This document shows positions 59,720 through 64,000 of a stretch of DNA of 64,000 bases, piece by piece. Position 1 is the first letter of the stretch, and each line of letters begins with the position of its first letter. The notes under the pieces were generated by a model. That model ran no database searches, was not told the DNA's origin, and worked only from the letters and a program-made list of their open reading frames with translations. This DNA comes from Camelus ferus (Eukaryota), in NCBI RefSeq assembly GCF_009834535.1, contig NC_045696.1:72046001-72110000 (forward strand). Direction: 5' to 3'. Position numbers and translations under genes: made by a program.

Positions 59720-62700
59720 TTTTAAAGCTAGTATGTAGGTTAAAAGATAAAAGTAGTAAAGATATAAAAGTTACGTGATACACAAGCTAAAAGGATGTAA
59801 AATGTGACATTAAAAACATGCAATGTGGATGGGGGAAGGTGAAAATGTAGAACTTTAAGAATGTGTTCAAACTTAAGTTATCAATCTCAAAGACTTAAGT
59901 TGTCATATGTAAACCCCATGGTAATCACAAGGCAAAAATTTATAATCTACACACAAGAGATAAAGAATCTAAGCACACCAAATAAGGAATCCATCAAATC
60001 ACAGAGGAAGAGAACGGGAGAAGAAAGGAACAGAGGAAGTATAAAACAGCCAGAAAACAATACAGAAATGGCCATGAATATATACCTATAAATTTATAAC
60101 TACTTTAAATCTAAACAGACTAAATTCCCCAAAGATATAGAGTAAATGAAATAGATTAAAAAAAAAAAAAACTCAACCAATCAACCCACCCACCCATTTA
60201 TATGCTGCCTACCAATAACTTCAGATGTAAGGACACACACGGACTGAAAGTGAAGGAACTGAAAAGACATTTCATGTAAATGAAAACCAAATGAAAGCTG
60301 GGGTAGCTACATTTATATTAGATAAAAATAGACTTTAAAACAAAGACTGTAACAAATGACAAGGGCATTATATAATGATAAAGGCATCAACTGAACAGAA
60401 GGATATAATACTTATAACATTTATGAACCCAACAAAAGAGCATTTAAATATATAAAGCAAATATTAACAGACCCATAGGGAGAAAGAGATAGCAATACAG
60501 TAATAGTAGGGGACTTTAATACATTACTTTCATCAATAGATAGTCATCCAGACAAAAAACCAATATGAAAACATTGGCCTTAAAGGACATGTTAGACCAG
60601 ATAGACTTAACAGATAAATGCAGAACATTTGATACAAAAGCAACAGAATACACATTCTTCTCATGTACACATGGAACATTCTGCAGGACAGATTTTAGAC
60701 CACAAAACAAGTCTGAATAAATTTAAGAATACAAGTCATATCAAGCATCTTTTCTAATCATATAGTATTAAACTACAAATCAATTACAAGAAAAAAACCC
60801 CGGCAATTCACAAATAAGTGGAGATTAAACAACATACTACTGAACAGCCAAAGGGCCAAAGAAGAAATCAAGCAAAATACAAAATACCTTGAGACAAATT
60901 AAATGGGACATACAACATAGTAAAGCTTATGAGATACAGCAAAACCATTTCTAAGAGGGAAGTTCACTGTGATAAGTGCCTATTTCAAGAGACAAGAAAA
61001 ATCTCAAATAACCTTACATCTACAGGAACTAGAAAAAGAATAAAGAATAAAGAAAGCCCAAATTAGTAGAAGGAAGGAAATATAGCAAAGATCAGAGTGG
61101 AAATAAATAGACTAAAAAGACAACAGAAGGGATAAATAAAACTAAGAGCAGGATCTTTGAAAAGTAAACAATACTGACAAAACTTTAGCTAGACTACCAA
61201 GAAAAAGGACTCAAAATCAAAAATGAAAGAGATGTTACAAATGATACAAAATACAAAGAATCATGAGACTATTATGAACAGTTATATGCCAGCAAATTGG
61301 ATAACCTAGAAGAATGGACAGATTCCTAGAAACATACCACCTACCAAGACTGAATCAGGAAGACACAGAAAATCTGAATACATCAACTACAAGTAAGGAG
61401 ATTGAATCACCAATCAAAAACCTTCCAACAAACAAAAAGCCCAGGACCAGACAGCTTTCCTGGTGAATTCTACCAAAATTTAAAGAACACCAATCCTTTT
61501 CAACCTCTTTCAAAAAACAGAAAAGGGAATGCTTCTAAACTCTATATGAGGTCAGCACTACCCTGTTACCAAAACCAGTCAAGGACACCACAAGGAAAAG
61601 AAAAATCACAGACAATATCTCTGATGAACACAGAGGCAAAAATCTTCAACAAAATATTCGCAAACTGAATTCAAGAATACATTAAAAGGATCATACACCA
61701 TGATCAAGTAGGATTTATTCTAGGGATCCAAGGATGGTTTAACATCTGTAAATTAATAAATGTAATTAACACATTAACAAAATGAAAGATAAAAATCATA
61801 CGATAATCTCAGATGCAGAAAAAGCTTTTGACAAAATCCAACATCCATTTTTGATGAAAATTCTCAACAAACTAGGTAGAAGGATTCATCTCAACATAAT
61901 AAAGGCTGTCTATGACAAGCCCACAGCTAACATGCTCAATGCTGAAAAACTAAAAATTTTTCCTCCAAGAGCAGGACAAGACAAAAATGTCCACTCTCAC
62001 CACTTTCATTCAACATAGTAGTGGAAGTCCTAAGCAGAACAATTAGGCAAGGAAAAGAAATAACAGGCATCCAAACTGGAAAGAAGTATAATTGTAGACG
62101 GTATGGTATTATATATAGAAAACCCTGAAGACCCCACCAAAAAGTATTAAAACTAATGAGCAAGTTCAGTAAAGTTGCAGGATACAAAATCGATATACAG
62201 AAATCTGTGGTGTTTCTACATACTAACAACAAACTATCAGAAAGGGAAACTAAGAAAACAATCCCATTTACAATGGAACCAGAAAGAATAAAATACCTAG
62301 GAATAAATTTAACCAAGGCAGTGAAAGACCTGTATACTAAAAACTGTAAGACATTGAAGAAAGAAACGGAAGAAACCATCATCAGAAAGTCTACAAATAA
62401 TAAATGCTGGAGAGGGTATGAAGAAAAGGGAACTCTCCTCTATACTGTTGGTGGGCATATAAATTTGGGCAGCCACTATGGAGAACAGTATGAAGGTTCT
62501 TTAAAAAACTAACAATAGAGTTACCATATGATTCAAAAATCACACTCTTGGCCATATATCCAGAGGAAATTGTAATTTGAAATGATACATGCACCCCAAT
62601 GTTTACAGCAGCACTATGTACAATAGCCAAGATATGGAAACAACCTAAATGTGCACTGACAGATGAGTGGATCAAGAAGATGTGTGTGTACGTACACACA

Positions 62701-64000
62701 CACACACACACACACTGAAATATTACTAAGCCATAAAAGGGAATGAAATGCCACTTGCAGCAACATGGATGGACCTAGAGATGAAGTGAAGTAAGTCAGA
62801 TGGAGAAAGACAAATACCATATGATATCACTTGTATGTGGAATCTAAAAAAAGTGATACAAAAAAACTTACTTACAAAATAGAAACAGACTCACATAGAA
62901 AACAAACATGATTACCAAAGGGGAAGGGATAAATTAGGAGTTTAGCATTAACAGATAAACAAGGACCTACTGTATTGCACAGGGAACTACATTCAGTATC
63001 TTATAATAAACTATAATGGAAAAGATTCTGAAAAAGAACATCTTTATCTATATCTATATCTGAATCTCTCTGCTGTATACCAGAAACTAACATATAAACC
63101 AACTATACTTCAATAAAAAAATTACCATGTGAAATTTTAAAAAATTATTTTGTCATTCTAGAAGAAAGACCTTAAGATCAATAAATAGTACTCTCATGGA
63201 GGCAGATTTGAACTCATTGCAGTGTGAAGCTCTCTGGAATTAAAGTTATCCAACAATAATCCAACCCCCTTCCCCCCAAAAAAAGATACTGAAGAAGACA
63301 CAAATAAATGGAAAGACAATCTATGCTCATGGATTAGAAGAATTAATATTATTAAAACGTCCATACTACCCAAAGCAAATTATAGATTCAATGCAATTCT
63401 CTTCAAAATTCCAATAGCATTTTTCACAGAAAAAGAACAAACAATCCTTTAATTTGTATGGAACCACAAAAGATTCTGAATAGCCAAAGCCATCCTTAGA
63501 AGAAAGAACAAAGCTGTAGGCTTCAGGCTTCCTCACTTCCAACAACATTGCAAAGCTCTAATAGAATAGTATGATATTGGTGTAAAAATACACACAGATC
63601 AATGGAACGGAATAAAGGACCTAGAAATAAACCCACACATATATGGTCAATTAACTTACAATAAAGAGCCAAAAACCTACAATAGGGAAAGGACAGTCTC
63701 TTAATAGTTGGTGTTGGGAGAAACAGACCACTATCTTAGAATCATACATAAAAATTAACTCAAAATGGATTAAAGATTTACATTTAAGTCCTGAAACCAC
63801 CAAAGTCCTAGGAAAAAAATTATGTGGTAAACTCCTTAACATCAGTCTTGGTATTGATTTTTTGGAACTGACACCAAAAGCAAAAAAGTGGGACTACACC
63901 AAACTAAAAAGCTTCTGTGACCAAAGGAAGCCATCAACAAAACGAAACGGCAATCTACAGAATGGGAGAAAATATTTGCAAATCATATATCCAACAAAAA
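59720..64000 (+). mobile_element. Degenerate L1 (inter-ORF region and ORF2), runs off the window edge; interrupted at 62375-63281
   Basis: ORF2 remnants [38 protein letters not shown]; multiple frameshifts. Confidence 0.9.
62375..63281 (+). mobile_element. 5'-truncated L1 (62375-63121) plus ~156 bp of non-L1 3' sequence and a short A tail
   Basis: L1 3' terminus aactatacttcaataaaaaaa; TSD aaagaaacggaagaa (62360-62374) / aaagatactgaagaa (63282-63296). Confidence 0.82.

Noticed and set aside
40720..64000. RT/endonuclease-like ORF fragments as an active retroelement or novel RT system
   Set aside because: All are short pieces of ordinary L1 ORF1/ORF2 broken by stops and frameshifts; there is no intact ORF
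1..64000. CRISPR arrays, rRNA, prokaryotic systems or foreign inserted DNA
   Set aside because: No repeat-spacer arrays, operon-like ORFs or compositional islands other than the CpG island; the window is consistent with a mammalian gene plus repeats

Overview
This is mammalian genomic DNA, most likely camelid. It carries seven tRNA-derived SINEs that I recognise as the camelid Vic-1 type, and I saw no Alu, B1, BovB/Bov-tA or PRE-1 elements. The window holds one complete + strand gene, DCUN1D1 (DCN1/SCCRO, a cullin neddylation co-E3). The gene has a CpG-island promoter (~2370-3560), an ATG-only first coding exon, and CDS join(2838..2840,14173..14389,15748..15916,18194..18324,28782..28864,29107..29203,30509..30588) = 780 nt, 259 aa plus stop. 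All introns are GT-AG and phase-compatible. The 3' UTR has proximal and distal AATAAA signals. Introns carry MIR, L2, CR1, L1, MER20, ERV LTR and SINE relics. The region from ~35.8 kb to the end is almost entirely degenerate, multiply nested L1 sequence. I found no evidence of a new gene or a new biological system. The most notable observations are retrotransposition and repair footprints: an L1 3' transduction, a tail-less L1 insertion, a local 94-bp templated duplication, a perfect 17-bp-stem hairpin inserted in an L1, a poly(A)-tailed MER41-like LTR with a STAT-type motif, and SINEs with unique 3' extensions. There are also plausible regulatory switches of DCUN1D1 (alternative first exon, alternative polyadenylation). 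Repeat family names are from recalled consensus sequences and need RepeatMasker/Dfam confirmation. Repeat boundaries are approximate unless TSD coordinates are given.
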